A stretch of 50,360 bases of DNA from a virus (IMGVR_UViG_3300044606_000249:1-50360); one strand, 5' to 3'; shown: positions 34,306 through 45,015, numbered from the stretch's first letter. The notes: a model not told the origin generated them from the sequence alone. Program-made: numbers and translations.

Positions 34306-34683
34306 ATGAGCAAAGCAGAATTCCGCACCGAGGGCACCTACGCCCCGGACAAGCTGATTGCCGGCAACGCGCATCTGCTCGTTGGCCGCAAGGTCACAAT
34401 CATCAGCGGCCAGAACCTCACGCGCGGTGCCGTGCTGGGCAAGATCACTGCCAGCGGCAAGTACAACCTCAGCCTTTCCGCAGCCGCCGACGGCAGCCAA
34501 ACGCCGGACCTCATCCTGGCCGAGAACTGCGACGCCACCTCTGGCGACAAGGTGGCGCTGGCCTACGCTCGCGGCGATTTCAACGCCAACGCGCTCACGC
34601 TCGGCACTGCCCACACCGTGGCCAGCATCACCGAAGGTCTGCGCGCCAAGGGCATCACCCTCATCCCGGCCGTGGCCGCCTGA
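34306..34683 (+). CDS. Head decoration protein (gpD-like)
   Basis: GQNLTRGAVLGKITASGKY...DGSQ...IL...G.FN..AL. Confidence 0.88.
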   Translation: MSKAEFRTEGTYAPDKLIAGNAHLLVGRKVTIISGQNLTRGAVLGKITASGKYNLSLSAAADGSQTPDLILAENCDATSGDKVALAYARGDFNANALTLGTAHTVASITEGLRAKGITLIPAVAA

Positions 34684-34698
34684 CAGGAGTAAAACAGC

Positions 34699-35712
34699 AT
34701 GGACATTTTCACCACTGGCGTCCTGCAGCGCGTTGTTGCCGAGCTGCCGGCCCCGGCCCCGTTCATCCTCAACTCGTTCTTCCGCACCGAACAGCGCGAG
34801 ACGACCGAGGAAATCCACTTCGACGTCGATACCGGCAAACGCCGCCTGGCGCCGTTCGTCTCGCCGATTGTCGCCGGTCAAGTCGTCGAATCGCGCGGCT
34901 TCAAGACCAGCACCTTCAAGCCGGCCTACATCAAGGACAAGCGCGTCTTCGACAGCAGCCGCCCCTTCAAGCGCGCCATGGGCGAGCGCATCGGCGGCGA
35001 GCTTGATCCCGGTGTCCGCCTGCAAGCGATGCTGGCCTTCGATCTGCAAGACCAGCTCGACATGCTCACCCGCCGCATGGAAGTGATGGCCGTCGAGGCG
35101 CTGCGCACCGGCAAGGTGACCGTCGAGGGCGACATGTACCCCACCGTCGAGGTTAATTTCGGCCGTGATGTAACCCTGACCAAGGCGCTGACCACGACCG
35201 CACGATGGGGTGAGTCGGGCGTCAAGCCGCTTTCCGACCTGCAAACATGGTCGATGCTGGTCACCGAGAAGTCTGGCGCCACGGCCAACACCGTCGTGAT
35301 GGACATCGAGGCGTGGAAGCTTTTTGCCGCCGACACGGACGTGCAGAAGCTGCTCGACCGCTTCCGCGGCGCCGACCAGCTCAACCCCACCGTCACCGGC
35401 GAGGGTGGTCGCTACATGGGCAACATCGGCGACTTCGACATCTGGGTCTACGCCGGCTGGTATGTTCACCCGACCACGGGCGCCATGACGCCCTACCTGC
35501 CGTCGCACACCGTCATCGTCACCGGCCCGGACCTCGAAGGCACCCGCGCCTTCGGCGCCATTCGCGACGAAGAGGCCGGCTTCCAGGCGCTGCCGTACTT
35601 CGCAAAGTCATGGGTCGAGAAAGACCCTGCCGTGCGCTACCTGCTCATGCAGAGCGCGCCGCTGACGGTGCCGTACCGCGTCAATGCCTCGCTCTGCGCG
35701 ACCGTCCGCTGA
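34699..35712 (+). CDS. Major capsid protein (lambda gpE family)
   Basis: LAPFVSP...F.PAYIK.K, RRME.MA..AL..GK, LMQSAPL. Confidence 0.95.
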   Translation: MDIFTTGVLQRVVAELPAPAPFILNSFFRTEQRETTEEIHFDVDTGKRRLAPFVSPIVAGQVVESRGFKTSTFKPAYIKDKRVFDSSRPFKRAMGERIGGELDPGVRLQAMLAFDLQDQLDMLTRRMEVMAVEALRTGKVTVEGDMYPTVEVNFGRDVTLTKALTTTARWGESGVKPLSDLQTWSMLVTEKSGATANTVVMDIEAWKLFAADTDVQKLLDRFRGADQLNPTVTGEGGRYMGNIGDFDIWVYAGWYVHPTTGAMTPYLPSHTVIVTGPDLEGTRAFGAIRDEEAGFQALPYFAKSWVEKDPAVRYLLMQSAPLTVPYRVNASLCATVR

Positions 35713-35725
35713 TCGGAGGGGTGAC

Positions 35726-35908
35726 ATGAAGCTAATCGCCAAAGTCACCCTCGTCACCCGCGCTGGCGAGATCCAGCCGGGTGACGAGATTGAGATCAAG
35801 GACAAGGCCGAAGCCGCTCGTCTGATCGAGCGCGGCTTTGCCGAAGCGCCTGCGGTCAAGGCCGAAGCCGCTGAAGAGGGCGGCTCAGGCGACGGCGGAG
35901 AGGGCTGA
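35726..35908 (+). CDS. Small head-associated protein (gpFI position)
   Basis: PGDEIEI...A.RLIERGFA pattern after the capsid gene. Confidence 0.65.
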   Translation: MKLIAKVTLVTRAGEIQPGDEIEIKDKAEAARLIERGFAEAPAVKAEAAEEGGSGDGGEG

Positions 35909-35910
35909 CC

Positions 35911-36213
35911 ATGGATCTCGCCCCGTTCGCCGCCATCGAGAAAGAGCTTGCCGATGTCACGTCGGCGATGCTCTCCAATGTCGTCGTCGTGCCCGAGGTG
36001 GGCCGGCCGTTCGGGGCCGAGTTTGATCTGTCAGACATCGACCCGCTTGCCCCGCCAAGCATCGCCGGAGATGCGCAGATCGTTTATCCGGCGGGCTGCG
36101 CAGACCTCCAGCCCGGCGACACGGTATGGATCAACGAAAAGCCATACCGTGTCGCCTCAGACCCCATGCGCGATGGCCCCATGCTGACTACGCAACTGCG
36201 CGAGGCGTCCTGA
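35911..36213 (+). CDS. Head-tail adaptor (gpFII-like)
   Basis: GDTV.I....YRV...P..DG...T.L pattern and position. Confidence 0.6.
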   Translation: MDLAPFAAIEKELADVTSAMLSNVVVVPEVGRPFGAEFDLSDIDPLAPPSIAGDAQIVYPAGCADLQPGDTVWINEKPYRVASDPMRDGPMLTTQLREAS

Positions 36214-36620
36214 TGTTCGCGCTCGAAAGTCCGATCATCGCCAGGCTTCAAGCGGACCCCGCCCTGTCAGGTTGGCAGGTCCGCAGCAGCGCGGCAGAAG
36301 CCTCCCGGAGGCCTTTGCCGGCGGTGGAGGTGCAGTGCGAAGGCGCCGACATCACAGACGCCCGTAACACCGCCGTGGCAGTTGGGGTCGCCTGGGGGGT
36401 GCATCTCATCGCGCAGTACAGCACGACCGTCATGGTCGAACTGGATACGGCCTTCGCCGCAGTGGTCGCAAGTCTGCACAACTGGTCGCCCGGAATCCAC
36501 GGCGGTCGCGCCTGGCAGCGCCTGCAATTGCAGCAAGTGCAGCGCGAAACAAGCGACCAGGGCCTGGTGGCCTACAGCCTCACCTTCAAGACATCCGCCC
36601 GCTATGACGGGCAACCGTAA
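36213..36620 (+). CDS. Tail terminator-like protein
   Basis: Position before the tail tube. LE..IIARL...L.NW.P...YSL.F.T pattern. Confidence 0.6.
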   Translation: MFALESPIIARLQADPALSGWQVRSSAAEASRRPLPAVEVQCEGADITDARNTAVAVGVAWGVHLIAQYSTTVMVELDTAFAAVVASLHNWSPGIHGGRAWQRLQLQQVQRETSDQGLVAYSLTFKTSARYDGQP

Positions 36621-36635
36621 CAACAGGAGCCCGTC

Positions 36636-37424
36636 ATGGCACTGATCCATACCACCAACGAGTACCAGATCCCGCGCGGTCGTCTGTACTGGGACCCGCG
36701 TAACGCCCTCGATCAGCTCACGGGCGAAGAAGAGTTCGGGAACTGCCCGAGCTTCAACATCGCGATTGAGACCGAGAAGCTCGAACACTTTTCGAGCCAG
36801 ACCGGCCTGCGCGAGAAGGATGACTCCCGAGTCGTTCAGGTTAACCGCACGGCTACCGTCACGTGCGACAACGTGTCGTTTGAGAACCTCGCCAAGTACC
36901 TGTCCGGGCAGGTCGAAACCGTCACGCAGACTGCAGACGCCGTCACCGCCGCAACGCTCACCGTCATCCCCGGGCGCATCTATCAACTCGGCCGTACCGA
37001 TACCAACCCTGCAGGCGACCGTAACATCAGCAGCCCCGTCGTTACCAACAGCGACGCTACTACCACCTATGTGGCTGGCGAAGACTACGAAGTGGATCTG
37101 GTCAAAGGCCGACTGCAGATCCGCGCAGATGGCGACATCGTGGCGGGTGACATCAAGGTCAGCTACAGCAAGGCCGCAAAAAGCTGGAAGCGCATCAAGA
37201 CCGGCCAAGCCTCCGAGCTGCGTGGCGCCATCCGGGTCGTCTCCGACAACGCCGGCGCCACCAACCGCGACTACTACATGCCGCTGTGCATCCTCAAGCC
37301 CGCCGGCGAGCTGCCCGTCATCGCTGAAGAAGCCGAGTACGTGACCATGGAATTCGAGCTCGAGGTGCTGACTCCGGCCAACGGCTCCGCCATCTACCTC
37401 GACGACGCCCCGGTCGCCGAGTAA
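36636..37424 (+). CDS. Major tail tube protein
   Basis: RGRLY...GNCP.F.I....EKLEH.SSQ.GL...D pattern. AGGAG RBS. Confidence 0.8.
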   Translation: MALIHTTNEYQIPRGRLYWDPRNALDQLTGEEEFGNCPSFNIAIETEKLEHFSSQTGLREKDDSRVVQVNRTATVTCDNVSFENLAKYLSGQVETVTQTADAVTAATLTVIPGRIYQLGRTDTNPAGDRNISSPVVTNSDATTTYVAGEDYEVDLVKGRLQIRADGDIVAGDIKVSYSKAAKSWKRIKTGQASELRGAIRVVSDNAGATNRDYYMPLCILKPAGELPVIAEEAEYVTMEFELEVLTPANGSAIYLDDAPVAE

Positions 37425-37529
37425 CCCGGTCGCCAGACCAGGGCGCCCTGCAGGACAGGGCGTTCGAGCCTGCCGACCTCAAAGCACCGGGCGCCCGCCC
37501 GCGTGCTTCTGTTCCGAGCGCATTCGTAA

Positions 37530-40151
37530 ATGGCCCGTAACCCCGTCACCCGGATCATCATCACCGCCAAGGACGAGGCCTCGGCGGTGTTCTCCGGCCT
37601 GCGCGCCCATGCCGGCAAGATCGCCACCGCCATCGCCGGCTACTTCGGCGCCAAGCTGTTCGGCGATATTGTGGGTTCCGCCCGCGACTTCGAGTCCGCC
37701 ATGTCGGCGGTACAGGCGGCCTCGGGCGCGTCGGGTGCAGAGCTCACCAAGTTGCGCGCGGCGGCCGAAGAGGCTGGTGCGACCACCAAGTACACCAGCG
37801 TCGAAGCGGCCAACGCGCTCGAGAACCTCGCCAAGTCGGGCCTGTCAGCCTCGCAGGCGGTCGAAGCCCTGCCGGCGGTACTCAACCTCGCCAGCGCCGG
37901 CGGGGTAGAACTGGGCACCGCCGCCGAATTCATCACAAAGGCCGTCAACGGCATGGGGCTGTCGTTTGGCGAGGCGGGCAGGGTGGCCGACGTTCTGGCT
38001 ATGGGCGCCAATGCGTCCAACACCAGCGTCACCGGCCTTGCGCAAGCGCTGTCCTATGCCGCTCCGCTGGCCAACAGCCTTGGCCTTTCGCTCGAGCAGA
38101 CCGTTGCGATCATCGGCAAGTTCGCCGACGCCGGCATCGACGCCGGTCGCGCCGGCACCGCGCTCAACAGCATCCTGGCGCAGTTCAGCGACCCGGCCAG
38201 CAAGTTCCGCCGCGCGCTGGCCGACGCCGGTATCACGACCAGCGACTTCGACCAGGCGCTGCGGCAACTGGCCGCCGCTGGTCCCGCGGGCCAGAAGGCC
38301 ATCAACGCCGTTGGGCAAGAGGCAGGCCCCGCGCTGCGGGCGCTGCTCAACCAAGGCATTGGTTCGCTCGACAGCCTCAAGGCCAAATTGGACGAATCCG
38401 CAGGCAGCGCTGCCACCTTCGCCAAGGTGATGAGCGACAACCTCGACGGCGCCGCCAAGGGCTTCGGCAGCGCCTGGGATGCGCTGCTCATCAAGGTCGG
38501 CACGCCAGTCCTCGACACGCTCAAGAATCAGATCAACGCTGTTTCGGAGCGCCTGCGCGCCTTCGTTACCGACGGTACTGCCACCGCTTTCGGTAACGCC
38601 ATCAAGACAGCCTTCGAGGCTGCCGGACGGTGGGTGCAGGAGTTTGTCAGCAAGGTCGACTTCAAGGAGGTCTCGGCCAATCTGCAATCGTTCGCCTCGC
38701 GTGCGATCGAGATCTTCGATGCGATCGGGGCACGGGCCTCTGCCTCCAGCCAGCGTATCCAAACCGCTTACGGCGTGATGTCTGCGGGCATCAATACGGT
38801 GCTCGTGGCTATCTATAAGCTTGGGCAGGGCATGTCGTGGCTCACATCTGCATTCCTCAGTGATCTATCAACCATCACGCAGGGCCTCGCCAAGATAACT
38901 TTTGGGGATATCTCCGCAGGGTTCGCTCAAGCTTCCGCCAGCATGCGCGAACAGGCACAAGCGGCCTACAGCGTATTCGAAGCATTTGGTCAGAAGGCGA
39001 GCGAGGCCTTTGATGCGGCGGCAGAAGGGGCGGAATTGGCCCGCGAAGGCTTCTCGGGTTTGACGACGACTGCCGTTGAGACGACTGCCGCCACGACGGC
39101 AGTCCTGCAGGAGGTCGAGCAGCAGGCCGGACTCACCGCCGAACAGGTCGCAGCGCTGGGTGATGGCGCCGTTGTGATGGGCGGCAAGGTGCTCGAGGCC
39201 GGCAACCAGGCAGCCGTCGCCGCCGGCAACGTACAAACGCTGGCCACTGCTGCCGGTCAAGCCGCTACGGGAGTAGCCAGCCTCGAGGCGAACGCTGAAC
39301 AGGTCGCTAGCGCTTTCGAACGCCTGGGGGTCACCAGCACGGAAGAACTGCAGCGCATTGCCAAGAACGCCAAGCGCGACTTCGAAATCATCCGCAACAG
39401 CGGCACCGCCAGCACAGAAGATATCCGCCGCGCCTTTGTGGCTTACGCGGAAAAAGCTATCACGGCGAACAATGGTGTTGCCGATGCCACGATTCGAGCG
39501 CAGGCGCAGATGTATCGACTCAAGCTCGGTGCCGACGATGCGGGTCGTTCAATCTTCACCGCAATGGGCGACGCAAGGGACGCGACGGATCGTCTCGCCG
39601 ACAGCGCTGAAGACGCAACGGCAAAGTACATCATTCTCGGGCAGACGATCGAAAACCTGCCATCACCACCTCCGCCGCCCCCGCCCGGTGGAACGCCACC
39701 CCCCGGAGCGCCGCCCGGCGCCCCTCCGGGGAAAGCGTCGTCCTACCGGTTGATGAGTTCGGGCGAATACGAGCTGCTGGCACGTGCCGAGCAACTCGGC
39801 GGACTTGCCTTGCGAAAGAAATACAAGGCGGATCTCAAATCAATCGGCAAGGCAGCCGCACCGGGCGGCGTGGGGTTGGCGGGCATCAATCCACGCTACA
39901 TGGAAGCGGTGCGCAAGCTCTCCGATCGCCTCGACGCGGTGCAGATAAAGCAAGAGCGCGACTCAGGCCGCTACGAGACCAATAAGCCGCGCGTTGTCGA
40001 CCAGCAGCCCCGCGAGCAGGTCACCACTTACCGAGTGCAGATCGGCACCGGATCTGGCCGCACCCAGCAAATCAACACAGCCAGCCGTCAAGACGCCGAC
40101 GCGCTGGTCGAGCTGCTGCGTCAGCTCGAAGCCGACATGTCGAGATCCTGA
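37530..40151 (+). CDS. Tail tape measure protein (TP901 core)
   Basis: FESAMSAV.A.SGA...L...A...GATT.Y...EAA.A...L..SG, ADVLA..AN.SNT.V..L..AL. Confidence 0.92.
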   Translation: MARNPVTRIIITAKDEASAVFSGLRAHAGKIATAIAGYFGAKLFGDIVGSARDFESAMSAVQAASGASGAELTKLRAAAEEAGATTKYTSVEAANALENLAKSGLSASQAVEALPAVLNLASAGGVELGTAAEFITKAVNGMGLSFGEAGRVADVLAMGANASNTSVTGLAQALSYAAPLANSLGLSLEQTVAIIGKFADAGIDAGRAGTALNSILAQFSDPASKFRRALADAGITTSDFDQALRQLAAAGPAGQKAINAVGQEAGPALRALLNQGIGSLDSLKAKLDESAGSAATFAKVMSDNLDGAAKGFGSAWDALLIKVGTPVLDTLKNQINAVSERLRAFVTDGTATAFGNAIKTAFEAAGRWVQEFVSKVDFKEVSANLQSFASRAIEIFDAIGARASASSQRIQTAYGVMSAGINTVLVAIYKLGQGMSWLTSAFLSDLSTITQGLAKITFGDISAGFAQASASMREQAQAAYSVFEAFGQKASEAFDAAAEGAELAREGFSGLTTTAVETTAATTAVLQEVEQQAGLTAEQVAALGDGAVVMGGKVLEAGNQAAVAAGNVQTLATAAGQAATGVASLEANAEQVASAFERLGVTSTEELQRIAKNAKRDFEIIRNSGTASTEDIRRAFVAYAEKAITANNGVADATIRAQAQMYRLKLGADDAGRSIFTAMGDARDATDRLADSAEDATAKYIILGQTIENLPSPPPPPPPGGTPPPGAPPGAPPGKASSYRLMSSGEYELLARAEQLGGLALRKKYKADLKSIGKAAAPGGVGLAGINPRYMEAVRKLSDRLDAVQIKQERDSGRYETNKPRVVDQQPREQVTTYRVQIGTGSGRTQQINTASRQDADALVELLRQLEADMSRS

Positions 40152-40154
40152 TCC

Positions 40155-40547
40155 ATGAGCACTCATACCCTAGATGGGCTATCGCTCCCCGCCGGGATGA
40201 TCTGGCAAGACGAGTTCGACTGGTCACCAGCCATCTCGTCCCTGGAGTACAGCCTCACTGGAGCGCTGGTCATCGATGGTGGCACCCGCCAGTCGGGGCG
40301 CCCCATCACTTTGGCCGCGTCTGACGACCGAGGCTGGTCTGGAATGACCCGCGACAAGCTCCTCGCCCTGCGCTCAAAGGCCGCTGTTGCCGGCGCCACC
40401 TACGCGCTGCAACTCGCGGATGGCCGCATCTTCAACGTCGCATTCCGCCCTGGCGAAGAGCCGATCACCGCCCGTCAGGTGTGGGACCGCGAAGTTCCGC
40501 CCGCCGACTGGCCCTACATCGTCACGCTACGCCTCATCGAGATCTGA
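40155..40547 (+). CDS. Distal tail protein-like
   Basis: W.DEFDW.P......SLTGALVI......GRPITL, immediately after the tape measure. Confidence 0.7.
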   Translation: MSTHTLDGLSLPAGMIWQDEFDWSPAISSLEYSLTGALVIDGGTRQSGRPITLAASDDRGWSGMTRDKLLALRSKAAVAGATYALQLADGRIFNVAFRPGEEPITARQVWDREVPPADWPYIVTLRLIEI

Positions 40548-40549
40548 CT

Positions 40550-43500
40550 ATGCCCATCCAAGAGCAAAACATCGTCTTCGTCGAATCGCAGGTCATGGAC
40601 GACGTGCCCGAGGGCGGCGGCGCCGCCACCGGCCGCGTCATCGAGGACGGCCGCATGAACAACGTGTTCGAAGACATCTCGGACCTCGACCGCGCCTACG
40701 GCCGGTTCAATCTGCGCAAGATTTTCCTCGCCGTGCGCACGCTCTCCACCGACCTCTACGGCGGGGCCAAAACCGTCATCACCGCGTTGCCGCAGGACGA
40801 CGCGCTCGGCTACGCGCTTTTCGCGCAGCAAGACCCCTTCGACACGCGCGAGCAGGCCGCGAACCGCGTGGCCGCCTACCTCTACAAAGGGCCGCTGTGG
40901 GGCGGCTATCTTTACGAGAACCACATCGCCGGGATGCGGGCGATCAGCCTCATCCAGCGTGTCGGCACCGAACTTCCGCCCATCGGGAAGACGCTGTGCC
41001 TGGTCCAGAATGAGGGCCAGCCGACCGAGAAAGAGCAGTACGTGCGGGTCACAAAGGTCAGCGTGGCAGAGCGCACATTCGGATGGGCCACCGGCAGCAC
41101 GATTACCGAGTTCGGCCGATGGGTGGTCACGCTCGAATTGTCGGACGCGCTGCGGCATGACTTCACCGGGCACCAGGCTACCGCCATTGAGGCGACGATC
41201 GACTACAGCGGCAAGACGCGCATTCGGGATACGTTCGTGGCCGACGCTGCCCGCTATTACGGCGCGCAGCGCCTCGCTACGTCGTCCGCCATCGGCGACC
41301 TCACCGTGCGTGCGCAGAGCATGTTTGCCAAACTCGTGCCAAGTGCACAGACCGAAACCCCGCTCGTCAGCCAGCCGATGAACCCGAACATCGTGGCGAC
41401 CTACTCGGCGGGGGATCGCACCGTCGAAGTGGCGCAGCAGGCCCACACCCGCGCCCTGCAAGTCACCGCGGAAAACCGCCGGCTCAACTGGATCGAGACG
41501 CTGCTGCCGATCCCCACCCCGGGCGCCCTCACGGTGTCCTTCCGCTCACAGGGCAACTGGTACGTGCTCAAAGACGACGGCGCCGGAAGCCTCGCCGCGT
41601 CCGACGCCAGCATCGGCGCCGGAACGGTCAACTACATCACCGGCTCGGTGGCGGTCACGCTCGGGGCGCTGCCCGACACGGGCAGTCAGATTATGTACGC
41701 TTGGGCCTCACCGGTGCACTACGCGGTCAAGGCCGGCAGCACAGCCGCCGCCCTGCCGACGAGCGAGCTGCGATTTACCACCGCGCACGCCCCGGTCGTC
41801 CCCGGGTCGGTGTCCATTGCGTACAGCATCGGCGGCGTCGCAAAGACGGCCGCTGACGCTGCAGGCACCATCAGCGGGGATGGAATCGCCAACGGCACGA
41901 TCAACTACGCCACGGGCGAGGTCCGCCTCACGCTCGATGGGGTGCCGACGTTCGGCGCCGCGACCACGATCAGCTATACCTGGCGCGAGGGGGACGTGTC
42001 TGTATCTGACGGCGCCGCCACCATTTCCGGCAATCAGTTCGTACTCCCCGGCGCGGCACCTTTCCGAAACGGCGGCAGCATGGTTCTGTCTGCCGCGACA
42101 CAATACGGCGTGATCCAGGCGCAAGCCTACATAACCTCGGACGGCACCGTTCGTGTCCGCGCAGGGCGGGCCGATGTCTTGAATTTCTACATCAAGTGGG
42201 TCGACCAGCCCGTCGGTACATTCAACGCCTCCACGGGGCTGGTCACGCTCACCGGCACGCCTGACGGGCAGGGGCGTGCATCCATTGCTGTCGGGGTTGG
42301 AAGCTGGGGGTATCTGACCTTTCAGTTCATCCCAAGAAACGAGCTTGCCGGGGTTACTGGGGTCAGCAACATCACCGTGGAGTTCGACACCGCCACCTAT
42401 GATCCCAACGCGGTTGTCAGCGAGTCTGTGCCAGTCACAACCGAGGGGATTCGTCTGGACCTGCTCGGCACGGCCGAAGGCGGCATCGTCCCCAATTCCG
42501 TGCGGTTCACGTGGGCGGGCAAGGTCTACGAGGACCGCAACGGTACGCTCTACACCGACATCGACCCCACCACCGGCTCAGGTACGCCGGCGGGCAGCAT
42601 CAACTACGTCGAAGGCGTGGCGGCTGTGACGCTGTGGGGCAACGGCGCCGCATCGCCAGCCGTCTCCGCCTGCCTGGTGCGCTACGGCCAATGGTCGGCC
42701 ATCGACGCCAGCTTCCGCGCAACGCTATCCCCCATCAAGCCCGAGGCCCTTTCCATCACGGCGAACCTGCTCGACGGCACGACCATCGCCGGCAGCGCAA
42801 ACGCCGACGGTGACATCGTCGGGCCGCAGATGCGGGGCGAAGTGAACTATGAAATGGGCACGGCCCGGATCGAGTTCGGCGCCGACAACGCAGGCACGTG
42901 GGAGCCGGTCGAAGTCCTGCCCGAAACCATCCGCTACAACGCGGTCGCGTACAGCTACCTGCCGCTCGATGCGGACATCCTCGGCATCGACCCGGTGCGC
43001 CTGCCCAGCGACGGCCGGGTGCCTATCTACCGCGCGGGCGATGTCGTCATGGTCATGCATGCCGCCGAGACTGCGCCGGCCACCGTCGGTAACGGCGACA
43101 CCATCGCCTGCGGCCGTGGCCGGATCGCGTGGATTCGGGTCATCGACGCCACGGGCAAGACGATCCGCGACGGCTTCACGCTGGATCGCGCGACCGGGTT
43201 GGTGACGTTCACCGATATCTCGGGGATGGTCATGCCCGTGATAGTGCGCCATACCGTCGGCGACTTGCGCCAGATCACCGACGCGCAGATCACCGGGCAA
43301 CTCACGCTCGCGCGCCCGCTCACCCACAACTACCCGGCCGGCGAATCCATCGTCGCATCCTGCCTCATCCACGGCGACCGCCGTGCCCGGGTGAGCGCGG
43401 TGTGGGATCAGGCGACCTGGAACGGCACCTGGAGCGATTCGCTCGTGGGCAGCGAGGCCACGGCCACGCTTGATGTGATCGCGCACCCCATCGAAGTCAC

Positions 43501-43852
43501 CAACGAAGGTGCCGAAACGGAACGCTGGCTGCTGCGTTGGGTGAACACCACCAACGTCGAGTTGATCGGGCAGCGGCGCGGCCTCGTCTATTCCGGCCCC
43601 TTCACGGCGGACATCGCCCCGATCAACCCGCGCACCCGCAACCCCGACGGAACCGGCGGCGCCCCATACCTGCGCATTCCGCTCGCCGCCAATGGCGGTG
43701 GCTGGAGTGCCGGCAACGTGGTGCGCATCAACACTGTCGGCGCACTGGCCGACATCTGGATCGCGCGCAGCATCCAGCAATCCGATGAACCCCTCGGCGA
43801 TGGCGAAGACGGCGTGGAACTGTACGCCCTCGGCAACATCGACCGGCCGTAA
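40550..43852 (+). CDS. Large tail tip / baseplate structural protein
   Basis: MPI...I.F..SQ.M.D..EGGG..TG, repeated G.INY.TG motifs, LGIDPVRLPSDGRVPIYR. Confidence 0.75.
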   Translation: MPIQEQNIVFVESQVMDDVPEGGGAATGRVIEDGRMNNVFEDISDLDRAYGRFNLRKIFLAVRTLSTDLYGGAKTVITALPQDDALGYALFAQQDPFDTREQAANRVAAYLYKGPLWGGYLYENHIAGMRAISLIQRVGTELPPIGKTLCLVQNEGQPTEKEQYVRVTKVSVAERTFGWATGSTITEFGRWVVTLELSDALRHDFTGHQATAIEATIDYSGKTRIRDTFVADAARYYGAQRLATSSAIGDLTVRAQSMFAKLVPSAQTETPLVSQPMNPNIVATYSAGDRTVEVAQQAHTRALQVTAENRRLNWIETLLPIPTPGALTVSFRSQGNWYVLKDDGAGSLAASDASIGAGTVNYITGSVAVTLGALPDTGSQIMYAWASPVHYAVKAGSTAAALPTSELRFTTAHAPVVPGSVSIAYSIGGVAKTAADAAGTISGDGIANGTINYATGEVRLTLDGVPTFGAATTISYTWREGDVSVSDGAATISGNQFVLPGAAPFRNGGSMVLSAATQYGVIQAQAYITSDGTVRVRAGRADVLNFYIKWVDQPVGTFNASTGLVTLTGTPDGQGRASIAVGVGSWGYLTFQFIPRNELAGVTGVSNITVEFDTATYDPNAVVSESVPVTTEGIRLDLLGTAEGGIVPNSVRFTWAGKVYEDRNGTLYTDIDPTTGSGTPAGSINYVEGVAAVTLWGNGAASPAVSACLVRYGQWSAIDASFRATLSPIKPEALSITANLLDGTTIAGSANADGDIVGPQMRGEVNYEMGTARIEFGADNAGTWEPVEVLPETIRYNAVAYSYLPLDADILGIDPVRLPSDGRVPIYRAGDVVMVMHAAETAPATVGNGDTIACGRGRIAWIRVIDATGKTIRDGFTLDRATGLVTFTDISGMVMPVIVRHTVGDLRQITDAQITGQLTLARPLTHNYPAGESIVASCLIHGDRRARVSAVWDQATWNGTWSDSLVGSEATATLDVIAHPIEVTNEGAETERWLLRWVNTTNVELIGQRRGLVYSGPFTADIAPINPRTRNPDGTGGAPYLRIPLAANGGGWSAGNVVRINTVGALADIWIARSIQQSDEPLGDGEDGVELYALGNIDRP

Positions 43853-43866
43853 TCGAGGACAACTAG

Positions 43867-45015
43867 ATGACGACGAAAGCAGATACCAGCGTCAAGTGGT
43901 TTCATAGCGGGATGGCGGATGCGCCCGTGCTGAGTGGGCAAGCCGGAAAATTGATCGAACTCCTCGATGCGTGCCTCATCAACGGGTTTAGCGTGCGCAC
44001 CCCGGACAGCATCGTGGTTGCGGATGGGGTGGCGACGGTTTCGATCAGCGCCGGTAGCCCCTACGAAAAGCACGCAGTTGTGGTGATCAGTGGGGCGAGC
44101 AACGCCGCTTTGAACGGGGAGTGGCGCATTGCGACCTCGGCGGCTTCGTCTTTTACGTTCGCCTGTCCGGGTGTCGCGGATGGTGCGGTAACGGGGGCTT
44201 CCGTTAAGCGAGCCGGGGCGGGCTGGGGCAAGCCTTTCAGTGACATCAATAAAGCGGCCTACCAATCACTCGATCCGACCAGCACTCAGCTTTACCTGCG
44301 AGTAGACGACACCGCCGCGCAGGACGCGTTGGTGCGTGGATATGAGCAGATGACTGGCATCGACGCGATGACCGGGCCATTCCCGACCGTTGCACAGTAC
44401 GCGCTATCCTCGCTCATCTGGCGCAAGAGCAACGCGGCAAGTGCCGCAGCTCGCCCGTGGGTGATCGTGGCTGATGGTAGCTTCATGCACGTCGTGCTGG
44501 CATTCACAAACGCCACTTTTGGCGCCAATCACATGTTTGGGGACATCGTTACGGTCTTGCCGTCAGATAGGTATCACTGCTTGATGGTTGGACATGGCAA
44601 TGCCACACCGTCTAGTCCGGGCACGGGGCACGTAGGTGTCTCCAATGGGACTGCATGGCCGCGCCAATTAGCACGGGCAGCCTCTCAGACAGGAGAGCCA
44701 CTCTCTGTGGCCGCGTTCGGCAGCGCCCCAGGCAACTATTGGGGAGGGTACACTTTAGCCACTCCCCCCGGGGTGGGCGGAGAAACGCACGTCGGCTCCT
44801 TTGTATACGTCCAAGATGGCACACAGAACGCATCCCCCGTTCGAGGGACATTACCCGGCGTGCGCTCTGCGCTACAGAGCCTGCCGTTTTCGCACTTGCA
44901 GTGTGTGGATACCCCGTCTGGTGGGGCGATACTAGCAATCTCAGCGACTGTAGGCAGTAACGGCCCCAACACAGAAGCCCGCATGCTTGTCGACATCACT
45001 GGCCCCTGGCGATGA
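43867..45015 (+). CDS. Tail fibre / receptor-binding protein
   Basis: Conserved N-terminal GAPVLSGQAG.LI.LLDACL.NGF. Lower-GC variable C-terminal half. Confidence 0.7.
   Translation: MTTKADTSVKWFHSGMADAPVLSGQAGKLIELLDACLINGFSVRTPDSIVVADGVATVSISAGSPYEKHAVVVISGASNAALNGEWRIATSAASSFTFACPGVADGAVTGASVKRAGAGWGKPFSDINKAAYQSLDPTSTQLYLRVDDTAAQDALVRGYEQMTGIDAMTGPFPTVAQYALSSLIWRKSNAASAAARPWVIVADGSFMHVVLAFTNATFGANHMFGDIVTVLPSDRYHCLMVGHGNATPSSPGTGHVGVSNGTAWPRQLARAASQTGEPLSVAAFGSAPGNYWGGYTLATPPGVGGETHVGSFVYVQDGTQNASPVRGTLPGVRSALQSLPFSHLQCVDTPSGGAILAISATVGSNGPNTEARMLVDITGPWR

Noticed and set aside
3424-35508. Long antisense ORFs (e.g. 3424-4992, 6982-8163, 24643-26244, 34291-35508)
   Set aside because: These are shadow frames of high-GC genes with clear family motifs on the opposite strand.
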